Of a DNA stretch of 64,000 nt, positions 1-9,900 are shown piece by piece. Below the pieces are notes generated by a model. It was not told the origin of the DNA. It ran no database searches and was given only the letters and a program-made list of their open reading frames with translations. The stretch's first letter is position 1. The number at the start of each line of letters is the position of its first letter. The stretch comes from a virus (Duplodnaviria; Caudoviricetes). The stretch spans positions 1 to 64,000 of the IMG/VR virus record IMGVR_UViG_2806310985_000007. One strand, 5' to 3'. The position numbers and the translations under genes were made by a program.

Positions 1-123
1 ATAGAGAACTACAGCGAACAGGACATCCAACGCATTCAGGATTGGATGAACCGCTACCCCCGCAAGATTCTTGATTACAAATGCTCTGACGATCTTTTTC
101 TTGCCCACCTGAAAACCCTATGA
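1..123 (+). CDS. IS30-family transposase, 3' end (partial)
   Basis: Frame 1 reads IENYSEQDIQRIQDWMNRYPRKILDYK...*, matching the IS30 C-terminal 'WxNxxPRKxLxY' motif; TGA at 121-123. Confidence 0.75.
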   Translation: MENYSEQDIQRIQDWMNRYPRKILDYKCSDDLFLAHLKTL

Positions 124-127
124 CTGT

Positions 128-844
128 TTGAGGATGTGTGACGGTATGTATTTTTATCTTTTTAGCTTATATCTGTGCTTCATACTGTCAATTTTTCCTG
201 TGGGTTGCTTTATCGTTTTGTATGTTCGGATTTCCGGTTATTTGAAGGCAACAGGTTTTTCTTTTCTTTCGGTACTTCTTAATACGGGACGATATGGTGA
301 GGCTTTGTTGTTTTCAATGCTTGATTCCCGAAAAGGTCAAAAATATATCCTTCCCAATGTGTATTTAAATACATGTTCGGGTACCTTAACCGAAATAGAT
401 TTGATCTTAATTACCCACAAGGGCTTATTTGTCTTTGAAAGCAAGAATTACAGTGGGGAAATTTATGGCAGTGATCATAAACTTTATTGGGATGTATATT
501 ATAGGCGAAAAAAGTATCAAATTTACAATCCGGTTTTGCAGAATCGCACACATGTTAACGCTTTGCTGTATAAGTTTCCAATGTTAAGGGCTGAGGATGT
601 TTACTCTTTTGTAGTATTTGGGAATCGGAGTGTATTAAAAGTAACATCCAATGAAATCGTTATACATCGAAAAATGCTTTCTTCTGTTTTGGATAGATTA
701 GGGAAGTCTTTACCAGATATTTTTGATTTAGATGAAATGTCTTTTCTGCATGCAAGTTTAAAGCTATGTTCTAATCCCGAAGATTTTGTAAAGAACAGGC
801 ACCTTGAATATGTTTCCAGTTTAAAAAAGAAGCATTCTCAATAA
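128..844 (+). CDS. NERD (nuclease-related domain) protein with N-terminal membrane segment
   Basis: GRYGE...EIDLILITHKGLFVFESKNYSG...NPVLQN..H motifs; hydrophobic N-terminus; start codon uncertain. Confidence 0.85.
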   Translation: MRMCDGMYFYLFSLYLCFILSIFPVGCFIVLYVRISGYLKATGFSFLSVLLNTGRYGEALLFSMLDSRKGQKYILPNVYLNTCSGTLTEIDLILITHKGLFVFESKNYSGEIYGSDHKLYWDVYYRRKKYQIYNPVLQNRTHVNALLYKFPMLRAEDVYSFVVFGNRSVLKVTSNEIVIHRKMLSSVLDRLGKSLPDIFDLDEMSFLHASLKLCSNPEDFVKNRHLEYVSSLKKKHSQ

Positions 845-972
845 AGAGATTGCTTCTTTTTTGGTTAAGTGTACAAATCTTTACGAATGCATTAAAATTT
901 TCGCAATTTCACTTGCAATTCACCGCAAACCACTTGACTTTTTGCTTGGTTTGTGGTATGCAATTTCGGCTT

Positions 973-1281
973 GTGGCCAAATGCCCACTTTTGTTCGCCT
1001 TATTTATTTAAATATTAAAACTTTTTATCGCAATTAATAAGAAATAAAAGTGGGCAAGTGGGCTTTTGGGTGATCTTCCGGCACCTAATTTGCGCAAATC
1101 GGCCAAAAATGGCCCAAAAACGCCAAAAAAGTGCCGTTTTCAGAAAATGCACCCGATTTTTTCTGCCCACTTTTGTTCCCCGGATTTGACCAAAAGCCCA
1201 TTTTTTTGGGCTTTGTCCACATGTTACAGTGTGGGCATTTTACGATAAACCCGGTTTTAGCCCGCTTTTTACCCACTTTTT
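973..1281. repeat. Iteron-like GCCCACTTTT/AAAAGTGGGC repeat cluster with AT-rich spacer (putative origin of prophage A)
   Basis: Copies at 983, 1046 (inverted), 1056 (inverted), 1165, 1192-1214, ~1231 and 1260-1281; AT-rich tract at ~1000-1045. Confidence 0.65.
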
Positions 1282-1303
1282 CAAGCAAAATTGGCCAGCA
1301 AAC

Positions 1304-1570
1304 TCACCGTCTTTCTCCGTCCGAACAAAAGAAATCATCCGGGCGAGAGGCACAGAAATCGTCTTCATTGCGATGAACACAAAATTTACACCTCACTACC
1401 CGCACTACAGTTGGGTATTTTAACCCGTTGATATAGGCGTGCCGAATGTTCTCCTTTCTTGTACACCATTCCAGATTGGAAAGTTTGTTGTTCAACCGGT
1501 TGCCGTCTATAAGACTTCCAAGAGCACCAACAACCATTAGAGCTGGAAAAAGTATCTTTAGAATATCCAA
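1304..1570 (-). pseudogene. Chimeric small ORF: membrane peptide + HNH fragment + Cys-rich tail
   Basis: GAGGAGG then TTG start; ...VGALGSL | IDGNRLNNKLSNLEWCTRKENIRHA | VVRCKFCVH...DFFCSDGERR. Confidence 0.5.
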
Positions 1571-1574
1571 AAGC

Positions 1575-2327
1575 TTAGTCCTCCTCATAGCCAGTAATAA
1601 CCTCACTATAGGGCAGCTCTTCAATCCAGTCGCAGAATGTACGCCACTCGTCCAGCTTATGGTTCCTCCGGCTCTTATAAATATTGGCCAGAACCTCGTA
1701 ATTGAGCATCACTGTCCGTTTTTGGTTGTAAGAGGAGGGGAGGAGCTGGATCATCTGCCACCAGTGTTTCTTGTCATTGGTCTCAAGGTATTTATTCCTG
1801 TAATAGTTGAGAACGTTAATTGTTAGGTTAAGTAGGTGAATCCCACCGCAACTAATATGAGGGGCTTCATTGATTACGGGTTCATCGACCTCGTTACAAG
1901 AATATAGATCATAGTCAATTAAATGATTATAAGAGAAATCCTCCAGCGTAAACTCCTTCTCTGCAATCTTGTGCATGGTAGAACAGGAATTAGCCACTGT
2001 TCCCACCTTATAGGTATCAAATTCTTTCCACCAGTACAGCGGAGCAGTAATATCAAGATAAACTACAATCATCCGCATGAATTTTCGATGGTCAGTTCCG
2101 GCATTGCGAAGACGTTTCATAAGATTTAAATCGTTTAATCCAAGCACAAAGCCCCCATTCATGTCGGGTTGGTTTTGACAATCAATATCAATGCATTCAT
2201 CGCAATTCCCGTAGCAATTTAGAATATAACTATCGCTCTTTTCCCAAGAATTCATAGGATTGCGCATTCCACGAATGGCGTGCTCCCAGCCCATAACTTC
2301 AAAATTACTGATTTTCAGCATAATCAT
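1575..2327 (-). CDS. ThyX-like (flavin-dependent thymidylate synthase-like) phage protein
   Basis: HRKFMRMI..ITAPLYWWKEFDTYKVGT..NSCSTMH and RRNHKLDEW motifs. Confidence 0.65.
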   Translation of the reverse strand: MIMLKISNFEVMGWEHAIRGMRNPMNSWEKSDSYILNCYGNCDECIDIDCQNQPDMNGGFVLGLNDLNLMKRLRNAGTDHRKFMRMIVVYLDITAPLYWWKEFDTYKVGTVANSCSTMHKIAEKEFTLEDFSYNHLIDYDLYSCNEVDEPVINEAPHISCGGIHLLNLTINVLNYYRNKYLETNDKKHWWQMIQLLPSSYNQKRTVMLNYEVLANIYKSRRNHKLDEWRTFCDWIEELPYSEVITGYEED

Positions 2328-2781
2328 TCTCCTTTTCTACATACACGCTAAATTCCTTATTAAAGTTTTTGGCATGGTCAATATCAGTTGTATGATTACA
2401 TTCATTTGAACAAGTCTCGCACTGTCCGCCATCGCAAAGATATAAAATCTTCTTTGGTGATTTATCGTCATACCAGAAATTCCGATCATCAATGTACATG
2501 TTCGCAAATATTTTTCGTGTGTCGCTGCCGAAGCGTTCGATGATATGAGGAAGATTCTCATTGACTGTATCAAACTCGAGTCCATGTTCTGAGCACCAGT
2601 TCACAGCTCTATCAAGCATTTCTCCAATGCGACAGGTCCACAGAATAATCTTAGCGCCAACTGTTTTTTGCATCATAATGAGATAACCGATAAGCTCAGT
2701 ATTTGGCTCTCCGATTTCCGGCCACTTGTTTTCGCAAAGGGTACCGTCGAAGTCAACGGCTATGATTTGCTTATGCATCAT
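2305..2781 (-). CDS. HAD-superfamily hydrolase
   Basis: IIAVDFDGTL (DxDxT), LWTCR, YIDDR. Confidence 0.85.
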   Translation of the reverse strand: MMHKQIIAVDFDGTLCENKWPEIGEPNTELIGYLIMMQKTVGAKIILWTCRIGEMLDRAVNWCSEHGLEFDTVNENLPHIIERFGSDTRKIFANMYIDDRNFWYDDKSPKKILYLCDGGQCETCSNECNHTTDIDHAKNFNKEFSVYVEKENDYAENQ

Positions 2782-3185
2782 TTGCCCTCCTTTATGTATT
2801 TGTCGATGACTTTCTTAACCTGACTGGTAGAGCCAAACATTTTCTTAGCTACAGCGGCGCAGAAACCAATATAACCATCATATGTATCGTCCTTACTACA
2901 AGAAACAATGGTTTTACTGCCATCCGACCAAATTACAATTGTTTTGGGTCCAATAAAAATGATTTTTCTAATAGCGTCGTCTCTAATCGCATTTGTTGGA
3001 ATCACGGCCAGACTTTCTTCTCTAAACCAGAAAACACCAAACTCACTTTCTGGATTTTTGCATCCGTCGATTTTTACTCCAACTTTATTGTGATAATATT
3101 TTTGAACGATTCCTTGGGTTCCGATAAAACGGTTTCTATAGTCATCACAAGGAAGAATTGCCACTTTTGTTCCAATAGTAATCAT
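2778..3185 (-). CDS. Phage hypothetical protein
   Basis: RBS, overlapping stop/start; 'IIF.GP.TIVIWSDGSKTIV' phage-type motif. Confidence 0.75.
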   Translation of the reverse strand: MITIGTKVAILPCDDYRNRFIGTQGIVQKYYHNKVGVKIDGCKNPESEFGVFWFREESLAVIPTNAIRDDAIRKIIFIGPKTIVIWSDGSKTIVSCSKDDTYDGYIGFCAAVAKKMFGSTSQVKKVIDKYIKEGK

Positions 3186-3213
3186 TGTTTTTTTCTCCTT
3201 TTGGTTGTCAGTA

Positions 3214-3339
3214 TCACAAAATCCACAGAATAAGTTTCACAGTCAAAGCGACTAAAATAGCTGCAACACAAAGCCCAATCACAAACGCCAAAGCCTGTCC
3301 GACTTTATATCCAAAGCTGTTTTTGTTATTGTTTTCCAT
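3214..3339 (-). CDS. Small membrane protein (41 aa; not in ORF track)
   Basis: MENNNKNSFGYKVGQALAFVIGLCVAAILVALTVKLILWIL*, GGAGG RBS. Confidence 0.65.
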   Translation of the reverse strand: MENNNKNSFGYKVGQALAFVIGLCVAAILVALTVKLILWIL

Positions 3340-3341
3340 GA

Positions 3342-3611
3342 TTAACCTCCAAACTGAAGACCGAGATGAGAATACAACTCTTTACAAAGCTGCTTCTCAA
3401 TCTCGTCCTTATACACTTTGACAACTTTACCGTCAATAATCGTATTTACAGTCTCTCGAAGAATCGGTTGAGTCAATTCAGAAGCAGACGACGCACCTGC
3501 TTCAGCTACAATCGGCTCCGGCAAATATCCGAGTGCTTCCATTCGTTTGTTTTTACAATTATCTTTGAACGGGCATTTTCGACATTGCTCCGCTAGTCTT
3601 GACAGCCCCAT
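3342..3611 (-). CDS. Phage hypothetical protein, Cys-rich N-terminus
   Basis: GGAGG RBS; CRKCPFKDNC. Confidence 0.7.
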   Translation of the reverse strand: MGLSRLAEQCRKCPFKDNCKNKRMEALGYLPEPIVAEAGASSASELTQPILRETVNTIIDGKVVKVYKDEIEKQLCKELYSHLGLQFGG

Positions 3612-3798
3612 CGTTGCCGCCTCCTTTCTTGACTGTAATCAGCTTTTCATAAATATCAAAAGCTTCCTTGCCCTGAAAAGCGTTAATGATTGTGACTTCT
3701 CCGTTCTTTTGACGGCCGACAATCAGCACTCCGTCGTCTCGTTTGGAGAAATCAACGCCAATAATCAGGCTTTCATTGATTTTCGGATTTTTCATCAA
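3559..3798 (-). CDS. Phage hypothetical protein
   Basis: Operon packing; LIIGVDFS motif. Confidence 0.65.
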   Translation of the reverse strand: MMKNPKINESLIIGVDFSKRDDGVLIVGRQKNGEVTIINAFQGKEAFDIYEKLITVKKGGGNDGAVKTSGAMSKMPVQR

Positions 3799-3973
3799 GA
3801 TTCACCTGCTTTCTCAAATATCGAACTAGGTTTTCGCATAATTTGCGATGTTCACAGCGAACAAGAGTATCTGTCATTTCAATAATATCGAAACCATCGA
3901 ATTCCTTCACGTCAGCCGTAAAATTGGCGCATCCATGACAGTATTCTTGGACATCCAGTTTAATCATTACCAT
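3773..3973 (-). CDS. Phage hypothetical protein
   Basis: GGAGG RBS; YCHGC..RCEH..C. Confidence 0.65.
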   Translation of the reverse strand: MVMIKLDVQEYCHGCANFTADVKEFDGFDIIEMTDTLVRCEHRKLCENLVRYLRKQVNLDEKSENQ

Positions 3974-3981
3974 CCTCCTGA

Positions 3982-5217
3982 CTAAGCAGCTCTTTTGGAA
4001 TAACTGTTTACATACTTAGTTTCATTGAAATTCCGTTTCTCACTCAAAGCTCGACTAATTGCCAAATCGATAGCGGATCTTGATTTTAAGTGATAGTAGT
4101 ACAGTTCTTTGAAAGGCGTATTTAGCCTATCAGTTCTTCCGGCAGACTGCTTCATAATTTTGTAAGAGTAATTTTGCGAGTAGAACACGATGGTGTCAGT
4201 GCTTATGCAGTTCCATCCTTCGGCTCCGGCCGTATACTGCACCAGATAGACCCAACTATCGGAAGTAGGGATTGGCTGATGCTTATGACCATTCCATTCC
4301 GCAACCTCGACATTATCCCCATAATAAAGATTCTTGAGAATATCAAGTTCATAGTCGAAGTTATAGAAAACGATTATTTTTGGATGTTTCTCGAATAGCT
4401 CCATCAAAGCAACTTGTCTGGAATCATCCGAATTCACGATTCTGCGCAACACATAGCACAACTCGCCGGCATTCGTAATCGGTTCGTTTTTATAAGGGTT
4501 CCATCGAAGCTTTGAAGCGTCCTTATACTTGGCGACATCGTACTTCACGCAAATATCTTCGTGGTGTGAGATAGTTTCCCGTTTGAAATCCATCTCCATG
4601 AGAATTCGATTGCGAAGACGTATCAAACGCCCGACGCCTAAATACCGATCCACCTTCGGATACTTGCCGTTTACCCAGGTCATGACCATGTGCTCTTCTT
4701 TGAAAGCTGTTCTGTTTTTATAGAACCCATTGGCTACAAACACTGGAATATAATCCTCCCAGGTATCTCCTGGTGTGGCGGAAAGTAGAATCCACTCATT
4801 AAGCTTGGCTATCTTCAGAAACGCCTTTACCCAAGCTCCGGAACCCACGACCCTCTGTTCATCAAATATAAAAAAGGCGTCCGTTACCGTTGCATACTTT
4901 CCGATGTTGTTCCACGAATCGACTACCACTTTATTGGAATATGAACTTGCTTCTGGATGAGTAGAAAGAAGGAAGGGCGAAAGCTCACCCTCCCATTCCT
5001 TCGTATCCCTTTTTCTTGCCGTTGTGATGATGTACAAGTCTTTAGGGCTTTTCATCTTCACGTATTTTTTTGTTCCGAGTTCGCCTCCGTTTTGTTTGTA
5101 GTAATAGGCTAACGCGGTTCTGGACTTACCGCTTCCAACGCCGCCGCACAGAATGCAGCCGTTTTTCATCCTGTCAACGGCGTCTAGTTGATAATCTCTT
5201 AAAGATATACCGGCCAT
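3982..5217 (-). CDS. SF2 (SNF2/DEAD-like) helicase
   Basis: GGVGSGKS Walker A, FIFDE, LSATPG, QSAGRTDR. Confidence 0.85.
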   Translation of the reverse strand: MAGISLRDYQLDAVDRMKNGCILCGGVGSGKSRTALAYYYKQNGGELGTKKYVKMKSPKDLYIITTARKRDTKEWEGELSPFLLSTHPEASSYSNKVVVDSWNNIGKYATVTDAFFIFDEQRVVGSGAWVKAFLKIAKLNEWILLSATPGDTWEDYIPVFVANGFYKNRTAFKEEHMVMTWVNGKYPKVDRYLGVGRLIRLRNRILMEMDFKRETISHHEDICVKYDVAKYKDASKLRWNPYKNEPITNAGELCYVLRRIVNSDDSRQVALMELFEKHPKIIVFYNFDYELDILKNLYYGDNVEVAEWNGHKHQPIPTSDSWVYLVQYTAGAEGWNCISTDTIVFYSQNYSYKIMKQSAGRTDRLNTPFKELYYYHLKSRSAIDLAISRALSEKRNFNETKYVNSYSKRAA

Positions 5218-6098
5218 TACAAACTCCTAAGAAGTCGCCGCATTGACCATATATCGGAAAAATACATCATGGTGAACCAATAGTTGTCCAGAGAATCATT
5301 TTCAGTCATTGGTTCGGTCAGTGAATTTCCGACTTTGATGTAAGCGGCAACGCCGAGGAGAGATAGCTGAATATAACACATCAGAGCCACCACCATGTCG
5401 ATATCCTGAGCAGCCACCAAAATATGATTCTGGTAATTCAGGTTGGCTTTTTCCAGCCTTTTTCTAGCTGCATGAATACCGGCAATCAAAGTAGCTCCAG
5501 CACCGCAGCAAGGGTCGTTCAGGGTGATGTACCCGTCTTTCTTGACCTTTTCAACAACATCTTCCATGGTGATTTCCGCCATCAGCTCGCAAACATGGTA
5601 AGGTGTAAAAATCTGCTCATGTTCTTTGCTGTTAAGGCCAAGTTCGGTGTAAATACTTCCTAAAAAGTCCTGCTCTTGATTTTCTTCCAAAGCCACCACC
5701 GTATATGCAGCAAGTTCGGAAAACAATGGCTGCTCCTGTTTGTTGTATCTTTTGATAGTCCGCAAATATAACGCCTCTCTCTCGTCGAAGTGGTCTTTAT
5801 CCACCGGATTCGATAAAGCGCAAGCGAACATAATAATGAAGTCGCTCCATACATCCCAAGAGCGATGCCGGTAGGTTAGCTGTCTGAACACTCGCAGAAA
5901 TTCTTTTCGAGCGTCTAAATGCTTTTCCGAATTCTTACCGGCGGGCTTTTTTCGGTTAGGCTTTTCCGAAACCTCAGAAACACCTTTTTTTAATCCTTCG
6001 GCTACACTCTCTCCATATTTCAGATTGTCAGCGATATGCTTCGGAATTTGTTTTTTAACCGGTTGTTTTCGTTTAGGTTTTTTCTTTTTCCAAAACAA
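5217..6098 (-). CDS. N-6 DNA methylase-like protein lacking an obvious NPPY motif
   Basis: QIFTPYHV, DPCCGAG (motif I), QDID, GNSL; protein ends without (N/D)PP(Y/F). Confidence 0.75.
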   Translation of the reverse strand: MFWKKKKPKRKQPVKKQIPKHIADNLKYGESVAEGLKKGVSEVSEKPNRKKPAGKNSEKHLDARKEFLRVFRQLTYRHRSWDVWSDFIIMFACALSNPVDKDHFDEREALYLRTIKRYNKQEQPLFSELAAYTVVALEENQEQDFLGSIYTELGLNSKEHEQIFTPYHVCELMAEITMEDVVEKVKKDGYITLNDPCCGAGATLIAGIHAARKRLEKANLNYQNHILVAAQDIDMVVALMCYIQLSLLGVAAYIKVGNSLTEPMTENDSLDNYWFTMMYFSDIWSMRRLLRSL

Positions 6099-6153
6099 TT
6101 GATTTCGCCTCCTTTATGCTGTTTGTTTTTCTCCCTTCGGTAATTGATGGAAC

Positions 6154-6242
6154 GGGGCTGTTTCCTCTTACCCTCATAGACACACGTATCTAGTCAAGAC
6201 CTTACTGGACATTTAACCGGACATGCACTAAGCCAGCACCCC
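6154..6242 (-). ncRNA. Candidate structured RNA
   Basis: Closing GGGG/CCCC stem, internal hairpins, UGUCCAGUA...GAGGAAACA pairing; intergenic between SSB-like and methylase genes. Confidence 0.45.
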
Positions 6243-6254
6243 TATTTCACTTAA

Positions 6255-6803
6255 TTAAAACGGAATATCTTCGTCATTCTGAGGATTGAAATTTATATCA
6301 TCATCCTCGTCATGCAACTGCCGACCTCTTATTGCGTACTTAGCAAGAATTGGATCATCCTCAGTACGTTGAAAAACTTCCAGAGTTTTAATATAAAGTG
6401 ATTTACCACGATCACTTTCGTATTTGTTCAGCACGACATTGACCTTATCAATCCAAATATAGTCAATGCATTTAACAGATTCTTCGTCCAATTCGGTCAT
6501 GTTGTCTTCAACAATCAGTAGAACCTTAGGCGGCCATTTTTTAGGCTCACCATTTCGGTCTCGATAAGCTAGTTTGATAACGACATAGTAAGTAGGAATA
6601 AATTCCTCTTCTTCACCCTCTTTAGGTTTGGTCATTTTCACATTAAAGCCTTCGTCGATAAGTTGACGAGCTATGTTAATATCTGGAATAACTAAATTTG
6701 CTTTTCGTTCGGCACTACCGTATTTATCACGTTCAGGATCTCCAGAGAAATTTGTGCTGAAAATGAATCGGGTATCTTCGATAAATACATGATTGTTTCT
6801 CAT
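6255..6803 (-). CDS. Single-stranded DNA-binding-like protein
   Basis: TNFSGDP N-terminal motif, acidic C-terminal tail ending DEDIPF; next to the replicase. Confidence 0.7.
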   Translation of the reverse strand: MRNNHVFIEDTRFIFSTNFSGDPERDKYGSAERKANLVIPDINIARQLIDEGFNVKMTKPKEGEEEEFIPTYYVVIKLAYRDRNGEPKKWPPKVLLIVEDNMTELDEESVKCIDYIWIDKVNVVLNKYESDRGKSLYIKTLEVFQRTEDDPILAKYAIRGRQLHDEDDDINFNPQNDEDIPF

Positions 6804-6826
6804 AATAATACTTTCTCCTTTTTTTT

Positions 6827-6958
6827 TTAATTTTCGTGTTTTTCACATGGGAACGGACACGATCTGCACTCTTCATCGGTACAGTCGCAAGAAGTGTTGC
6901 TAAAGTCGGATTTAACCAATACAAATATCACAAGGGCAATCAACAATAATACCGGCAA
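6827..6958 (-). CDS. Small membrane-anchored Cys-rich protein (not in ORF track)
   Basis: GAGGTG RBS; (M)PVLLLIALVIFVLVKSDFSNTSCDCTDEECRSCPFPCEKHEN*. Confidence 0.5.
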   Translation of the reverse strand: MPVLLLIALVIFVLVKSDFSNTSCDCTDEECRSCPFPCEKHEN

Positions 6959-6963
6959 ATATA

Positions 6964-9900
6964 TCACCTCACATCAAATGGCGTTGACTCTTCTTCATGT
7001 GGTTCTCCGGCTCCGAACCATGGGGGAGTGTTGTCGGAAACAAACGGCTCGGCAGCAACAAACCTTTCGAAATCCCCATAGGAAGACAGAGATTTAACAG
7101 CCTCGTCCACAAGATTGTTGTAATAAGTACGATCGATGTCATTTTCCTTGCCAAGTTCCCGAACCATCTCAGACTCCAGCCATCTGAAACCTTTTGAGCC
7201 TGTCGCGGCCGCATATCCTTTTTCTCCGGTTTTCTTATTCTCTGTTTCACGAAGCAGGATACCGCCTCCGCATCCGGGTTTGATAGGGCAGAACTGACCG
7301 ACTTTACCAATGAAATGATAGTTGTGGCCTTTAGCGATTTCTTTAACCAACGGATCTAGCTCGGCATCTCCACTGTTACCACTGAGATCCATCGTAACGC
7401 CAAATTCTTTTGCTCTTTTCACAATGCGTTCCAGCTCTTTTTCAAGTTCGCTTACATCCGGCAATCCTTCGTTCATATCGAGGTACAGCGCGGAAGTTAC
7501 TGACTTGGTCTCGCACATATCTTCGAATTCAATCGGCTCCTTGCTGAACAGTTTCTTAAAGACATAAGGAACCTGGAACTGGGTACCAGTTGCGGTCCAT
7601 TCCCCGGCGTGCTTACCGTCCTTATACTTCGCAATATAGACAGCGTCGTTCACAAGACACATGCGGTCGTATGTAGCCTCGTGTTCAAAGTTGTAGCCAT
7701 ACTGCTTTCCGTAATCCATAACGAACTGAATGATTTCCGGAGTCGCGTCCGGAATCTTAATGGAGTCCGTCTTAATATGGGCAACAATAAAGCCCCGTCT
7801 CTGGACCTCGTGTTTGAGGTTTACCATAAACAGGGCGCCGCGTTTAGCCACAATATTATCTTTGTTACGATTGTCTCGGAACGGATGGTCAAAGCTTGCT
7901 GAAGTAAGACCATATACAGAGTTGATTGCGATTTTCAGAGCCTGAGCCAGATCAGCCGCAGCAGCTTCATCCGTCAGATACTTTGCTAATGCGCCGTTCA
8001 ACATCTTTTTCGCCTTGTCGAACTCCTTATGCTTAATCGCAATTCTGGCCTGAAGAATATCATTGAATCTCTTCGTATACTCAGGACCAAAGAGTTCTTC
8101 TGCTACAATGCTACTCGGATGCATGGATGCAATATCCAACAGAGCGATGTTGCTGTACATTCCCGGTTCAGCATAGACATAACCGCCTTCACCGACTTCT
8201 TCGCCGCGATAAATGGACTTACCGCCCTCGAAAGTGTAGCCAGGGAACACCGGCTTTCCGTCTTTATTAAACAGGGTAAAGTTTTCGTCCCCTAATCGGT
8301 CGTACAAAACCATATCTTCTGTAATAGTCCATGGTTCGCAATCGGGGGTCACATCACCCATAAAACGGTAGCTGAATTGATCCTGCGGTTTTCGGTTGTT
8401 GCCAAATATAATCTTGGTGGTCAGAGAATTGGTCGTGTCATTGACCGTCATTCCGGCCACGTCCGCCAGAATCTGCCGAGCTGTAAAGTCAGCTTTTCTC
8501 GCATTGAAAACAGCTTCGGTAGAAATAACATCGTTGTCGCAGTATTCGGCGACTTTCGTCCACATCTCTTCCGGAACAGGTTGGTCCCACGGAAGCCCAA
8601 GTTCCTGATGGTGGATACCCAATTCAATTTCCCATTTCTTCAAAGATTGTTTCTTTGAGCAGAAATCGTAAACGTCCGTATAAGAAACGTTATAGGCTTC
8701 ACCAAAGAAGCAGTTGGCGCTCCCATTGATGATTCTGTTGGAAAGCGAGAATAGCTGCTCGTTCGTATAACCCATTAGCCTGGCATAGAGAATGTGATTG
8801 TCGTATCTGCGGCAGTTAAAACCAACCAGACGAAACCGCATTAGCTCCTCAATTTCAGCCGACGTAGGGTTAATCATACGGACAACCGGCTTTCCTTCAC
8901 CTTCAATTTTCCAGTTGACCAGGAACAGGTTCGGAAACACCTCAACATCATAAAACACAAGTTTAGCGTCATCGTTTTTTGTTCCGGAAGACTTGTCGGC
9001 AGATTTGAACTGCATCTTATTGACCAACTTGATACAGTAATCCGCCTGATGCGTGCTGCTTGCGGCGAAGGCCAGCACAGCGTTCCGCATATCTGTAACA
9101 TCATAATGAAGATCGCTTGCGTAAGCGTCCTCAAGAATTTTATAGATGAAGTCGATACTGGGTTTAGTTGCCGGATGGTATTCCTTGTTCAGATTCCGTT
9201 TGATTTGCGTTCTAAGACCTTTCTCGCTCTTCACCCCTTCAAAATTTATCACTTGCTTTTCTCCTTTCAGTGGCAAACCAGAATTGATGGTTGCGATGGG
9301 CAGGTTATTGCACTTTGTCAATTTCCGGCGCAGAGAGCTTTTGCCGTTGAAAACCTTAACTTCGATGTGGTCGTCATAGATTCTGCTCAGCTTTGCCGGA
9401 TCTTCCGCATAAATATAATGCAGATGAATGCCTTGCCCGCTTTTGCTCAGTTCTGCATAAGTGGGCGGCCATTTGCTCGCCTCCTTCAGATTCAGTTCAA
9501 AAGACTTGTTTCCATCCTTATCCGGAATATCAAAGTCGATAACAATATGATTTTCCGGAACTTTGACATAGTGGAGTTTCGACGTATCAATACTGCTCAG
9601 CTTCGTTTTTACTTTCTCCCATTTGGATGTGGGGATTTCTGATGAAGTCGCATACTGAGCAGGACAGTCCGCGCACTCTTTGTCGAAAACAGACGGCTGC
9701 GCTTTGAATTCAATGAGCTTCTGTTCCGGCTCCTCCTTTTCCGAAATCGTCTGCTCTTCAAATTTCTCCGTCCGAAAACCGATATAATAGCTTCGGACAC
9801 GAGTGCCATCGTCCAGATTGAACCGCTCTTTGTAATCGCGGAAATAGTTTTTCAGTTCTTCTTTAAAAATCCTCTGAGAAAACGGAAACGGCACCTTTGC

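Larger units (their letters stand above)
1..924 (+). mobile_element. Right end of an IS30-family element, apparently carrying a NERD passenger gene
   Basis: Transposase tail, then an AT-rich NERD gene, then tcgcaatttcacttgcaattcacc (901-924), which resembles IS30-type terminal repeats; left end lies outside the window. Confidence 0.45.

Noticed and set aside
1066-1423. Short ORFs over the iteron region
   Set aside because: Low-complexity translations of repeats on both strands with no convincing RBS.
6154-6242. tRNA, hammerhead or pistol identity for the structured RNA
   Set aside because: No T-loop or cloverleaf, no CUGAUGA core, and I could not build the pistol pseudoknot; left unassigned.
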